A DNA stretch of 64,000 nt from assembly GCA_030835825.1 (NCBI GenBank), contig JAURRA010000003.1:7038-71037 (forward strand), written 5' to 3'. This document shows positions 43,001-52,515 of this stretch, one piece after another. Every line of letters begins with the position of its first letter. Position 1 is the first letter of the stretch. The translations under genes were made by a program, and so were the position numbers. The notes beneath the pieces are model-generated. The model saw nothing but the letters and a program-made list of their open reading frames with translations. It did no database searches and was not told where the DNA came from. This DNA is from Flavobacteriaceae bacterium (GTDB taxonomy: Bacteria; Bacteroidota; Bacteroidia; Flavobacteriales; Flavobacteriaceae).

Positions 43001-43101
43001 GCTATATTTGATTATTTTTGGCCTATAAAGGTACTGAACGGAACCGAATTATTTTATCATTGACAGCAAAACAACAGTTTAGATTTTCGCACGAATACTT
43101 T

Positions 43102-44085
43102 ATGAAACGCTGTATTCAATTGGCCAAAACTGGTCGTGCGCTCGCTGCACCGAATCCTTCAGTCGGTTGTGTTATCGTGAGCCATGATCAAATAATTGGC
43201 GAAGGTGTGACCAGTCCATATGGGGGTGCCCATGCCGAAATCAATGCTATTAAGTCTATCAAAGACAAATCGCTACTAGACGGCGCCACCCTTTATGTCA
43301 CTCTGGAGCCATGTTGTCATCAGGGTAAAACCCCACCCTGCACTGATGAAATTATTAAAAACGGAATAACTAGGGTGATAGTGGGGTGCTTGGACCCCAA
43401 TAAAAAGGTTTCTGGACAAGGCATTGCCAAATTGAAAACATCTGGAATTTCAATTACAACAGGAGTTTGTGAAAGCAAATGTCGGGAAGTGCACAAAGAA
43501 TTCTTGACCTTTCAAACAAAGGCAAGACCTTATATTATCTTAAAATGGGCGGAAAGTTCGGACGGCATTATGGCACCTTTAGAAAAAAATAATGCTTCTC
43601 CTTATTGGATTAGCAATACCTACAGTCAGCAATTAAGTCATAAATTAAGGACAGAAAATCAAGCGATATTAGTGGGAGCCAATACTGTCAAGGCCGATCA
43701 CCCTCAATTGACCGCTCGACAGTGGCATGGAAAACAACCCAAACGATATGTTTTGAGCGCAAACGGAGACGACACCAATCTACTCGATAATTTCGACGAC
43801 CTATCTTCAATTGACTTAATTGGCCCGGAACAGATCGATTTTTATCAAAACATAGCGCAGCAAGTTTGTGATTATTTAGTCAAGCACAGTGTCAATAGTT
43901 TGATTGTCGAAGGTGGAGAGCAAACGCTCAATACCTTTATCAAAGCTGGTCTATGGGACGAGGCCATGGTTTTTATTAGCGATCAACCATTATTAGATGG
44001 TCTTAAATCCCCAAAATTGTGTACTATTGTCACATCAAAAAGAGCAATATTAAACGATACATTAATGATGTATCATAACAATTAG
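43102..44085 (+). CDS. ribD: Bifunctional riboflavin biosynthesis deaminase/reductase
   Basis: From the ATG at 43102 (MKRCIQLAKTG). HAEINAI, TLEPCCHQGKTPPC, and a C-terminal reductase domain. Confidence 0.9.
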   Translation: MKRCIQLAKTGRALAAPNPSVGCVIVSHDQIIGEGVTSPYGGAHAEINAIKSIKDKSLLDGATLYVTLEPCCHQGKTPPCTDEIIKNGITRVIVGCLDPNKKVSGQGIAKLKTSGISITTGVCESKCREVHKEFLTFQTKARPYIILKWAESSDGIMAPLEKNNASPYWISNTYSQQLSHKLRTENQAILVGANTVKADHPQLTARQWHGKQPKRYVLSANGDDTNLLDNFDDLSSIDLIGPEQIDFYQNIAQQVCDYLVKHSVNSLIVEGGEQTLNTFIKAGLWDEAMVFISDQPLLDGLKSPKLCTIVTSKRAILNDTLMMYHNN

Positions 44086-44097
44086 ACGTTTTATTCA

Positions 44098-44961
44098 TTG
44101 ACAGACTTATTACTGAGCATCCTTGCCTCCACGGGACTATTTGTCATTTTCAAATATTTTAAACGCCACAATATTAATACCCTACACGCTATTGTAGTCA
44201 ACTACTTCACTGCGGCCTGTGTTGGATATTTGAGTCACTCAGGCGAGATTTCAGTAGATGGTTTTATCACTGCTCCCTGGATTCCGGGAGTCCTAATTTT
44301 AGGATTTCTGTTTATTTCAGTTTTCAACGTCATGGGGCTAACATCTCAAAGACATGGGCTTTCCGTAGCCTCTGTTGCGGGAAAAATTAGTGTTATTATT
44401 CCTATTCTATTTTCCGTAGTTTTCTACAATGAATCATTGTCCGTTTTTCAAATTACAGGCATCTGTTTGGCCTTGACATCGGTTTATTTGACAGCAACAA
44501 AAAGTAAAGGATCAATCATTATGGGTCATAACCTGTTATTGCCTCTGTTGCTCTTTGTAGGTTCGGGAATAATAGACACTACATTGAAATACTTGGAAAC
44601 AACTACGGTCCCGAAAAATGACGTCGCCATCTTTTCTGCATCCATATTTTTATGGGCTGGTATTTTGGGAGTTATTTTAAGTTTAATACTTGCTAGAAAT
44701 CAAAAAATATCTTTTGACCTTAAAACCATTATCGGTGGACTGATTTTAGGAATAGTGAATTATTTTTCTCTTTACTATTTGATCCGAGCTTTTCAATATC
44801 GCGGCATGGACAGCGCTGCCGTATTTACCATAAACAATGTGGGCATCGTTGGCCTTACGACAGTGCTCGGTTTGATATTGTTTCAAGAAAAGTTGAGTCG
44901 TTCCAATTGGCTAGGAATTGCATTAGCTTCAATAGCTATAGTTTTAGTATCGCTCTACTGA
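44098..44961 (+). CDS. DMT/EamA-like multi-pass membrane transporter
   Basis: 287 aa, about 10 hydrophobic segments. TTG start. Confidence 0.65.
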   Translation: MTDLLLSILASTGLFVIFKYFKRHNINTLHAIVVNYFTAACVGYLSHSGEISVDGFITAPWIPGVLILGFLFISVFNVMGLTSQRHGLSVASVAGKISVIIPILFSVVFYNESLSVFQITGICLALTSVYLTATKSKGSIIMGHNLLLPLLLFVGSGIIDTTLKYLETTTVPKNDVAIFSASIFLWAGILGVILSLILARNQKISFDLKTIIGGLILGIVNYFSLYYLIRAFQYRGMDSAAVFTINNVGIVGLTTVLGLILFQEKLSRSNWLGIALASIAIVLVSLY

Positions 44962-45362
44962 GTGGAATTGTTAGTCATTCTAGCTAACAAATCTTCAGGG
45001 CAACGCATCGGCCTGCGTGTGGCATTGTTTAAAAACGCCAGAGTCACATTTGCAGTCGAACAAAGCTCCATATTTTGATTGTGTATTTCAAACTCAAAAT
45101 TGATAACGGCTGTTGGCTGTCCTATCAACCTAGTAGTAACTGTCAATTCATCATCATAAAATAATGCTTTATGATAATTGACAGTCATTCGAACTACGGG
45201 CAAGGCGACACCATTAGCTTCCATCAATTTATAAGAGACCCCAAGTTGGCGAAGCCATTCAATTCTTGCCATTTCAAAATACAGCGCATAATTTCCATGA
45301 TGCACTACACCCATTTGATCTGTTTCTCCGTATCTTACCCGAAATGAAATTTGATGCATCAT
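44955..45362 (-). CDS. 4HBT/YbgC-type acyl-CoA thioesterase
   Basis: 135 aa. VRYGETDQMGVVHHGNY. Confidence 0.85.
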   Translation of the reverse strand: MMHQISFRVRYGETDQMGVVHHGNYALYFEMARIEWLRQLGVSYKLMEANGVALPVVRMTVNYHKALFYDDELTVTTRLIGQPTAVINFEFEIHNQNMELCSTANVTLAFLNNATRRPMRCPEDLLARMTNNSTQ

Positions 45363-45429
45363 GAAATTATCTTAGAGTTAAAATTTTAAGAAATTTCAAT
45401 TACAGAAAAAAAAGTTAAAATCCAACGTC

Positions 45430-45445
45430 TTTTTTTTTTTTTTTT
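45430..45445. repeat. T16 homopolymer (A16 on the minus strand) in the divergent thioesterase/dnaA control region
   Basis: Read directly: c-T16-aaag-T6-C5. An A8 run lies at 45405-45412. Confidence 0.95.
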
Positions 45446-45546
45446 AAAGTTTTTTCCCCCATTTTTGTCACTGTAATTCTTCATCAGGATTCCCCAGCCG
45501 ATTAAGAATTGCCGTCAATGTTAAATCAACATTTTTAGAATAAAAA

Positions 45547-46974
45547 ATGAAAGAAACTGCACAATCGGTATGGACTAACTGTCTGTCTTTTCTTAATGAC
45601 AATATTCAACCGCAAGCCTATAAAACTTGGTTTGAACCAATTGTAGCAGTAAAACTCGAGAATAATGTACTCAGTATACAAGTTCCAAGCAAATTTTTTT
45701 ACGAATGGCTTGAAGAACATTACGTGAAAATTTTAAAGATGGCCTTGACTAAAGAACTAGGCGCTCAGGCCAAGTTGGTATACATCATTAAAATGGAAAA
45801 CACTTACGGCAATAAACTGCCATTTACAGAACGTATTCCAAGTTCTAATCAAACGGCTGTAGCCTCGCAGGATGCCAGTATGCCACTTGAAAATAAAAAT
45901 CCGCAGCTCAAAAACCCATTTATCATTCCTGGAATTCGAAATGTAAAAATCGAATCCCAATTGAACCCTAGTTATTCATTTGATAATTTTTTAGAAGGCG
46001 ACTCAAATCGTTTGGCGCGCAATGCCGGAATGGCAGTTGCTAATAAACCTGGTGGAACCTCTTTTAATCCGTTACTGATTTTTGGCGGCGTTGGATTGGG
46101 CAAAACTCATTTATCTCACGCCATTGGTATATCAATTAAGGATAAATATCCGGAAAAAACAGTTTTGTATATCTCTGCTGAAAAGTTTACGCAACAGTAT
46201 ATCGAAGCAGTAAAGAAAAACAACCGCAATGATTTCATTCATTTTTATCAAATCATTGATGTTCTCATTATAGATGACGTTCAGTTTCTGTCCGGTAAAA
46301 CCGGCACGCAAGATGTCTTCTTTCACATTTTCAATCACTTACACCAAAACGGAAAGCAGGTTGTTTTGACCAGCGACAAGGCGCCTGTCGATATGCAAGA
46401 TATTGAACAAAGGCTGTTATCGCGGTTCAAATGGGGCTTGTCAGCTGAGCTTCAGCACCCTGATTTTGAAACGAGAGTATCTATCTTGAAAAACAAGCTT
46501 TATAGAGACGGTGTCGAAATGGATGATGAGGTCATTGATTACGTCGCCAAAAACATTAAAACCAATGTAAGAGAATTGGAAGGTGCTGTAATTTCTCTAA
46601 TAGCACAATCTTCTTTTAACAAAAAAGAAATTACCCTCGATTTGGCCAAGGCTGTTGTCGAAAAATTTGTTAAAAACACCAAACGAGAAGTCTCTATCGA
46701 CTACATTCAAAAGGTGGTGTCCGATTATTTTCAAATGGATGTGGATACCTTGCGTTCAAAGACTCGAAAGCGTCATATTGTTCAGGCGCGTCAGCTAGCC
46801 ATGTTCTTCGCAAAAAAATTCACTAAGGCGTCACTAGCAAGTATTGGGTCACAGATTGGCAAAAGAGATCATGCTACTGTCTTACATGCTTGTAAAACTG
46901 TCGACAACTTATTCGCAACGGACAAGCAATTCCGGAAATACGTTGAGGATTTAACGAAAAAACTTTCCCTCTAA
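45547..46974 (+). CDS. dnaA: Chromosomal replication initiator protein DnaA
   Basis: 475 aa. Walker A motif GGVGLGKTHL, IIDDVQFL, and C-terminal DNA-binding region RQLAMFFAKKFT...IGKRDHATVLHA. Confidence 0.95.
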   Translation: MKETAQSVWTNCLSFLNDNIQPQAYKTWFEPIVAVKLENNVLSIQVPSKFFYEWLEEHYVKILKMALTKELGAQAKLVYIIKMENTYGNKLPFTERIPSSNQTAVASQDASMPLENKNPQLKNPFIIPGIRNVKIESQLNPSYSFDNFLEGDSNRLARNAGMAVANKPGGTSFNPLLIFGGVGLGKTHLSHAIGISIKDKYPEKTVLYISAEKFTQQYIEAVKKNNRNDFIHFYQIIDVLIIDDVQFLSGKTGTQDVFFHIFNHLHQNGKQVVLTSDKAPVDMQDIEQRLLSRFKWGLSAELQHPDFETRVSILKNKLYRDGVEMDDEVIDYVAKNIKTNVRELEGAVISLIAQSSFNKKEITLDLAKAVVEKFVKNTKREVSIDYIQKVVSDYFQMDVDTLRSKTRKRHIVQARQLAMFFAKKFTKASLASIGSQIGKRDHATVLHACKTVDNLFATDKQFRKYVEDLTKKLSL

Positions 46975-47000
46975 CAACACAGCACTCTAGAGGTGATTTT

Positions 47001-47720
47001 ATGTCAATTCCCGTTCTCTTTTTGATTCCAACACCCATTGGTGACGACCCCCTTGGATCGGCCCTTCCCGATTCAGTCTTTGAAACCGTCAGCCGCCTAG
47101 ATCACTTTATTGTTGAGAATGAAAAAACGGCCCGCAAATTCATTAAATCTATTTGTCCCGAAAAAGACCAATCATCCATCTCTTTATTTGTCCTCAACCA
47201 ACACACAAATCAAACCCATATTCCAAGCTTCCTAGACCCCTGTAGTCAGGGCTTTTCAATAGGCTTGCTTTCCGAGGCAGGCTGTCCCGCGGTTGCCGAT
47301 CCAGGTAGCGAGATCGTTGCAATAGCTCATCATAGAGGTCTAATAGTCAAGCCATTGGTAGGTCCTTCTTCAATTCTGCTGGCTCTAATGTCGTCTGGAT
47401 TTAACGGGCAAAAATTTAAATTCAACGGATACTTACCCATTGATAAAAAAGAACGAAAAATAGAAATCAAACGACTGGAGCGCAAAGTCTATGAGAGCCA
47501 GGAAGCTCAAATATTCATTGAAACACCCTATCGAAGTCAAGGCTTGATTGAAGATTTAATGAAAATTTGTCAAGACGAAACCATGGTATGTGTGGCTTGT
47601 GATCTCAATTCCCCTCAGGAATTTATTGGTTCAAAATCAATATCTGCTTGGAAGAATCACAAAATAGATTTAACCAAACGGCCTTGCATTTTTATAATTG
47701 GAGACACCTTTTATAATTGA
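47001..47720 (+). CDS. Tetrapyrrole-methylase-fold SAM-dependent methyltransferase (RsmI/YraL-like, short form)
   Basis: 239 aa. LLSEAGCPAVADPGSEIV and GPSSILLALMSSGF. Confidence 0.7.
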   Translation: MSIPVLFLIPTPIGDDPLGSALPDSVFETVSRLDHFIVENEKTARKFIKSICPEKDQSSISLFVLNQHTNQTHIPSFLDPCSQGFSIGLLSEAGCPAVADPGSEIVAIAHHRGLIVKPLVGPSSILLALMSSGFNGQKFKFNGYLPIDKKERKIEIKRLERKVYESQEAQIFIETPYRSQGLIEDLMKICQDETMVCVACDLNSPQEFIGSKSISAWKNHKIDLTKRPCIFIIGDTFYN

Positions 47721-48361
47721 TAGGCTTTTGGCTTCTGCTCGGAGGGCAAATTGTAAGTATCGTAGCTAGAGAATTTTTTTAGATAATACGACAATTTGGT
47801 CCCTAAAGCATCTTTAGTATCCCAATTACCTCCAGAATTCAAATAGCGCTTCACATTTGCAGGCCCCGCCAAATGCGCAGCGGCTATCATCCCGGATTGG
47901 GTAATATGAATACCATTGATTCGCGAATTTTCAAAGCGCTTGAGATAATTTCTCAGCACCCATTTGTTTCTTATCGCATTCGCAAGAAAGGCTTTCTCTT
48001 GAAGCTCTGGCTGATTAAGAAATGTGTGCGTAGAGTATATCCCTAATAACTTTAATGTATTTGGACTAAATTGATATTTACCCAAATAACCAAATTTATT
48101 GACGCACTGATATTCACCTCTTGACTCTTTAAAGGCTATCGCTTCCCGAAAAGCGATAAATCCATCACCTAAAAAAGGTGTCCTCCAAACATTAAAAATT
48201 ATATCAGGCTGCTCAGGAAGGGAGGGTTGGTTATGTGGAAGCCCACAGGGCTCAAATAATGAAGACAGGGGATCGATTCTCGGAGATCTACTGACCGAAA
48301 TTAAAATCAAAAACACAAGTGGTACGAGTACCACTTTGGAAGATATCATTTTGTAGAACAA
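47711..48361 (-). CDS. Secreted protein with a possible lysozyme-like / SLT-like domain
   Basis: 216 aa. N-terminal hydrophobic segment. FKESRGEY (candidate catalytic Glu-Ser), GYLGKYQF, and AAHLAGPANV loosely resemble the ES / GxxQ / AYNAG pattern of lytic transglycosylases. A weak call. Confidence 0.4.
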   Translation of the reverse strand: MFYKMISSKVVLVPLVFLILISVSRSPRIDPLSSLFEPCGLPHNQPSLPEQPDIIFNVWRTPFLGDGFIAFREAIAFKESRGEYQCVNKFGYLGKYQFSPNTLKLLGIYSTHTFLNQPELQEKAFLANAIRNKWVLRNYLKRFENSRINGIHITQSGMIAAAHLAGPANVKRYLNSGGNWDTKDALGTKLSYYLKKFSSYDTYNLPSEQKPKAYQL

Positions 48362-48434
48362 AAGCTTGTTTTTCCAATAAATCCCGGCAAAGATAGTAAA
48401 TTAAAAAGACACAGATGTTTTTACCATTTATTCA

Positions 48435-49478
48435 TCAACGCAACACGCCTTTGTTATTCAAATATCGATGGTAAGACTTGGCATTTTTATTGTGCTGAGT
48501 TAAGGTCTTTGCAAATTTGTGAAAACCTGGATTTTCGGGATCTGCCGAAAAGAAAAAATATGAGTGAGATTCCGCCTGAAGAACAGCTCCTACAGTTGAT
48601 AAATCGGGCATAGCGATAACTGCAGGTGGTAGACCAAGATTTTTATAGGTATTAAAAGGCGAGTCAATCGCGAGGTATTTGGTCAAAATACGCTTCACTA
48701 CTGTACCATCCCAGTCGCTTTGCTGGTATAATGCAAATTTTACAGTTGGGTCGGCTTGAAGGGGCCAACCGCTATTCAATCGATTCAAATAAACACCAGC
48801 TATTCTGGGCTGTTCAGAGTTTTGCTTCGACTCCTCTTGAACTAGCGCAGCTAGAATAACAACTTCGGTCGGACTCAGGCCAAGTTGCTCTGCTTGTCTT
48901 TTACGAGATTCTGTCCAAAAACTCCTGTATTCTTGAATCATCCTTTCGACAAATGCGGTGGCAGAGGTATTCCAAAACAACTCATAGGTGTTGGGCAAAT
49001 ACATGGACAGTGCAGTGTATTGATCCAATTCCATTTCTGCTAATAATTGAGGGGCTTTAAATGCTTTAATCAAACTCAAGCTATCCGCTTCAATTTGTTG
49101 ACCAATCCTACCTGCTAAATCTTCTAAGCTATTTTGATTGTTAAACGATACGCGAACAGGTAAATTCCCACTTCTTAGACTGTTAATAATGTCATTATTT
49201 GTCATGTCTGAGGCAATTCTGTAACGTCCAGCTTTGATGTTTCGATCGTATTTTTTTTGTCTAGCCAAGGTAGAAAACGACTCAACATCTTTAAGTAGAG
49301 GGGATAAATCGAGCTGAACATCCTCAAAGCTTGCATCGGAAGAAATGAACACATAGGCCGTTTCATTTTGAAAGGCCGTATTAGGACTGAACATAACCGA
49401 GTAAATGTAATAAGAGAAGCACGCTGCAATTAATAATCCTGCGACGGATACAATCCAAAGTATTTTTTTTAGATACAT
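48435..49478 (-). CDS. mltG: Endolytic murein transglycosylase MltG (YceG family)
   Basis: 347 aa. N-terminal TM segment, ILAALVQEE, IAGVYLNRL, LQADPTV, SPFNTYKNLGLPPAVIAMP. Confidence 0.88.
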   Translation of the reverse strand: MYLKKILWIVSVAGLLIAACFSYYIYSVMFSPNTAFQNETAYVFISSDASFEDVQLDLSPLLKDVESFSTLARQKKYDRNIKAGRYRIASDMTNNDIINSLRSGNLPVRVSFNNQNSLEDLAGRIGQQIEADSLSLIKAFKAPQLLAEMELDQYTALSMYLPNTYELFWNTSATAFVERMIQEYRSFWTESRKRQAEQLGLSPTEVVILAALVQEESKQNSEQPRIAGVYLNRLNSGWPLQADPTVKFALYQQSDWDGTVVKRILTKYLAIDSPFNTYKNLGLPPAVIAMPDLSTVGAVLQAESHSYFFFSADPENPGFHKFAKTLTQHNKNAKSYHRYLNNKGVLR

Positions 49479-50005
49479 TAAAGTATTTTTTGCATTAACA
49501 ACTCATTTTGATAACCAGACAAAGACCACCGCCAATCTATCTTCTCACCTACTTTTACAAAACCTAATTTTTCAAACATTTTTATACTATTGATATTGAG
49601 GGAGTTGATATTACAGTACAATTGGTGTAGTTGCAATTGAGCTTTTGAATATGCTGCAAGTAATTCAATCGATTCAAAACCAAAACCACGCTGACGATCG
49701 ATCTCTTGATGAATTATTATGGCTATGCCCGCTCGCTTGTGGAAATGATCAAAGTCAAACAAATCAACCAATCCTATGGGCTTTCGCGCTTTTGTTTCGA
49801 TGACCAACCTCAACTGTTTCGTCGTATAAATGTCCAATAGCGCTGATTCAAGATATTCTTTGATGGCAAATTTTGAGAACGGTGTTATGGTATTCCCCAG
49901 ATGCCAAGAATCGGTGTCGTTTTCGACAGTGAAAATAAAATCTAAATCTTCTGGTTCTAGGGCACGTAAATTAATATGTTTTCCAAGGAGCAAACTCATG
50001 ACCAC
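49478..50005 (-). CDS. GNAT family N-acetyltransferase (RimJ/RimL-like)
   Basis: 175 aa. HQEIDRQRGFGFESIELL. Confidence 0.72.
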   Translation of the reverse strand: MVMSLLLGKHINLRALEPEDLDFIFTVENDTDSWHLGNTITPFSKFAIKEYLESALLDIYTTKQLRLVIETKARKPIGLVDLFDFDHFHKRAGIAIIIHQEIDRQRGFGFESIELLAAYSKAQLQLHQLYCNINSLNINSIKMFEKLGFVKVGEKIDWRWSLSGYQNELLMQKIL

Positions 50006-50772
50006 TCACCTTTAAAAACAAAACTAGCAGGCCCTGATAGCCTAATGTTATCATATCCTTTTGACGATAAGTCAAAACTAACCTCAAGATGGCCCCCGGG
50101 CATTTCAATTTTCAACTTGGTCTTTACAGTGCGTTTCGTTTGATGCATGGCCAATGCCACTGCTACTGCACCTGTACCGCATGACAAAGTTTCTCGTTCA
50201 ACACCCCGTTCATAGGTTCTTACCGAAAACCGCTCATCATCCAATTGTTCGACAAAATTAATATTCGCTCCATCCGGTGACATATCCTCATGATTCCGAT
50301 ACATGGGCCCATCAACGGCCACCTTGTGATGGTTCAAATTGGAAACCATTACCACCAAATGAGGAGAGCCAGTATCTAGCCAAATGCCGTCTAGCAATTC
50401 ACTGCCGCGCTTCACTGGTCGGATGGTAACCGTAATAATATTCCGATCAATCCAGGCCTCATGGATACCGTCATTAGCTAAAAAAACGGTATTATCCACT
50501 ATAAGCCCTAAATGCTTTGCGAAAAGCACGGCACAACGAGATCCATTGCCGCAAAGGGTTCCTTCTAAACCATCGGCATTGAAATACTTCATTTCGAAGG
50601 AAAAATCGTCGTGCTGGTTAATTAAAATCAGACCATCTGACCCAATTCCAGTATGATAGGCACATAGTTTTTGGATGAAATTGGCATCGGTCATTTGGAA
50701 ATTAGCGTCCCGATTGTCGATCAAAATAAAATCGTTCCCTGCCCCGTGATATTTAAAAAAATGCTTAGCCAT
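49996..50772 (-). CDS. dapF: Diaminopimelate epimerase
   Basis: 258 aa. FFKYHGAGNDFILID, CGNGSRC, and LSCGTGAVA (the two catalytic Cys). Confidence 0.92.
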   Translation of the reverse strand: MAKHFFKYHGAGNDFILIDNRDANFQMTDANFIQKLCAYHTGIGSDGLILINQHDDFSFEMKYFNADGLEGTLCGNGSRCAVLFAKHLGLIVDNTVFLANDGIHEAWIDRNIITVTIRPVKRGSELLDGIWLDTGSPHLVVMVSNLNHHKVAVDGPMYRNHEDMSPDGANINFVEQLDDERFSVRTYERGVERETLSCGTGAVAVALAMHQTKRTVKTKLKIEMPGGHLEVSFDLSSKGYDNIRLSGPASFVFKGEWS

Positions 50773-50869
50773 AGATGGAAAATATAACCATTGAAATATT
50801 AGAACAAGAATACAAAAAATACAACGAATGATATCTTAATTCCATAAATTTAGCTTGTTAAATGAGCGT

Positions 50870-50877
50870 TAAATTTG
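50870..50877 (+). promoter_or_regulatory. Candidate -7 box (TAAATTTG) upstream of the HtrA-like protease
   Basis: TAnnTTTG match, but 70 nt upstream of the preferred ATG at 50947, so the assignment is weak. Confidence 0.25.
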
Positions 50878-50946
50878 ACAAAACGGCGCAATAATTGCTT
50901 AGTTTTAGTTGTTCTAAATTAATTGTTTAATCAAAAGAATTGTTTT

Positions 50947-52383
50947 ATGAAAAAATATAGTTTTTTTATTTTAGCAGCGCTATTTGGAGGAATGATTGCG
51001 TTGGGAGGGTATCAAGTTTTTTTTGAAAATCCTCAAATTATCACAAGTGTAGAACGTCAGCCGGGTGATGCTGCCCTTTTTGTTCCCACAACTTTTAATC
51101 GCAGTGTTTCGGGAGTTACCACAAGTGCCACCACAATTGATTTTTCTGAAATTGCAGAGAAAAGCATCCATTCAGTAGTTCATGTAAAAAACACCAGTCA
51201 AGTTAGCACCTTCCGAAGTATTCGAGATTTGTTCAACAATCGGCAGTCTATCAGAGAAGAGGTTGGTACCGGATCGGGAGTGATTATCTCTCCCGATGGC
51301 TATATCATTACAAACAACCACGTTATCGATAATGCCAGCGAAATCCAAATCACTACCGAAGACAATAAGATTTATGATGCCACCTTAATTGGATTTGACA
51401 AAAATATAGACATCGCTTTATTGAAAATCCAGACTCAAGAGGAACTTCCCTACATGACTTTTGGAGATAGTGACACAGCTAAAATTGGAGAATGGGTATT
51501 GGCAGTTGGGAATCCGTTCAATTTAAACTCAACCGTTACAGCAGGTATTATTAGCGCAAAATCACGCGATTTGAGTGGCCAATATGACGGTAATATTCAA
51601 GCTTTTATTCAAACGGATGCAGCTATCAATCCAGGCAATTCAGGAGGTGCTTTGGTCAATACCAACGGAGAATTGATTGGAATCAACAGCGCCATTACAT
51701 CGATGACCGGATCTTTTGTGGGTTATTCGTTTGCCGTTCCAAGCAATATTGCGCGCAAAGTTGTCGAGGATTTGTTGGAATTTGGTAATGTACGAAACGG
51801 AATTCTTGGTGTCTCAGGACGGGCCTTGAACAGCGCCATTGCCGATTCCTATGGGATCTCAGAAACCGAAGGCTTTTATGTCAATGAAGTAGAAAACAAT
51901 TCTGGCGCTCAAAAGGCCGGCATTAAGACAGGAGACGTCATAACACAAATTGGAAGTGTAAAAATCTCAAAGTTTTCAGACCTGAAGGGATACCTCAATA
52001 GCAAACGTCCAAAGGACGTGGTTAACGTCAAAATCCATCGTCAGGATCAGACGCTTAATCTGGCGGTGAAATTATCGGGTAAAGAAATTATTGCCCCTGA
52101 AAATCTCTGGGAAATGGAGCTTAGCGAATTGCCACGAATATATAGAGACCAAGGATTTGCGTTTGGGGTTCTCATTAAAAAAAATGACAATATCAAATTG
52201 GTCAAAGAGTTTAATCTAGACCAAGGTTATGTGATTACTCAAATAAATGACATACCCATCCGCAACATCGCCGACATAAGAGCTTTTAAATCAAGATATG
52301 GCGACAGCTTTACCGAAGATTTTAGGAAAATTGAATTGCTCAGTCCGCAAGGAGAAAAATTTAGTATTTTTTCCTACTATTGA
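50947..52383 (+). CDS. HtrA/DegP-family trypsin-like serine protease with PDZ domain(s)
   Basis: From the ATG at 50947 (MKKYSFFILAALFGG). TNNHVI (His), DIALLKI (Asp), NPGNSGGALVN (Ser), and a PDZ region GAQKAGIKTGDVITQIG. Confidence 0.88.
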   Translation: MKKYSFFILAALFGGMIALGGYQVFFENPQIITSVERQPGDAALFVPTTFNRSVSGVTTSATTIDFSEIAEKSIHSVVHVKNTSQVSTFRSIRDLFNNRQSIREEVGTGSGVIISPDGYIITNNHVIDNASEIQITTEDNKIYDATLIGFDKNIDIALLKIQTQEELPYMTFGDSDTAKIGEWVLAVGNPFNLNSTVTAGIISAKSRDLSGQYDGNIQAFIQTDAAINPGNSGGALVNTNGELIGINSAITSMTGSFVGYSFAVPSNIARKVVEDLLEFGNVRNGILGVSGRALNSAIADSYGISETEGFYVNEVENNSGAQKAGIKTGDVITQIGSVKISKFSDLKGYLNSKRPKDVVNVKIHRQDQTLNLAVKLSGKEIIAPENLWEMELSELPRIYRDQGFAFGVLIKKNDNIKLVKEFNLDQGYVITQINDIPIRNIADIRAFKSRYGDSFTEDFRKIELLSPQGEKFSIFSYY

Positions 52384-52484
52384 TATAAAATCGTGTGAGT
52401 CGAATTGATAATAGTGGCTTGCTCAGTTGTTAAATTGCATCATCCTGCGAAGTAAATTGATTCAAAACTGGTTTTCATTCAATC

Positions 52485-52492
52485 TAAATTTG
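52485..52492 (+). promoter_or_regulatory. Candidate -7 box (TAAATTTG) for trmD-rplS
   Basis: TAnnTTTG match 23 nt upstream of the ATG at 52516. Confidence 0.4.
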
Positions 52493-52515
52493 CATCTTGC
52501 GACAAACTTCACTTC

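Noticed and set aside
43001-43101. FMN riboswitch upstream of ribD, and likewise upstream of ribH at 24414
   Set aside because: The ribD leader is only about 100 nt, AT-rich, and lacks the conserved GC-rich FMN aptamer helices. ribH has no leader at all, since it overlaps the upstream gene.
45363-45546. Calling this region oriC because it is adjacent to dnaA and AT-rich
   Set aside because: I found no TTATCCACA-like DnaA boxes on either strand, there is no dnaN downstream, and gene orientation does not switch cleanly here. GC skew cannot be computed by eye, so no origin call is made.
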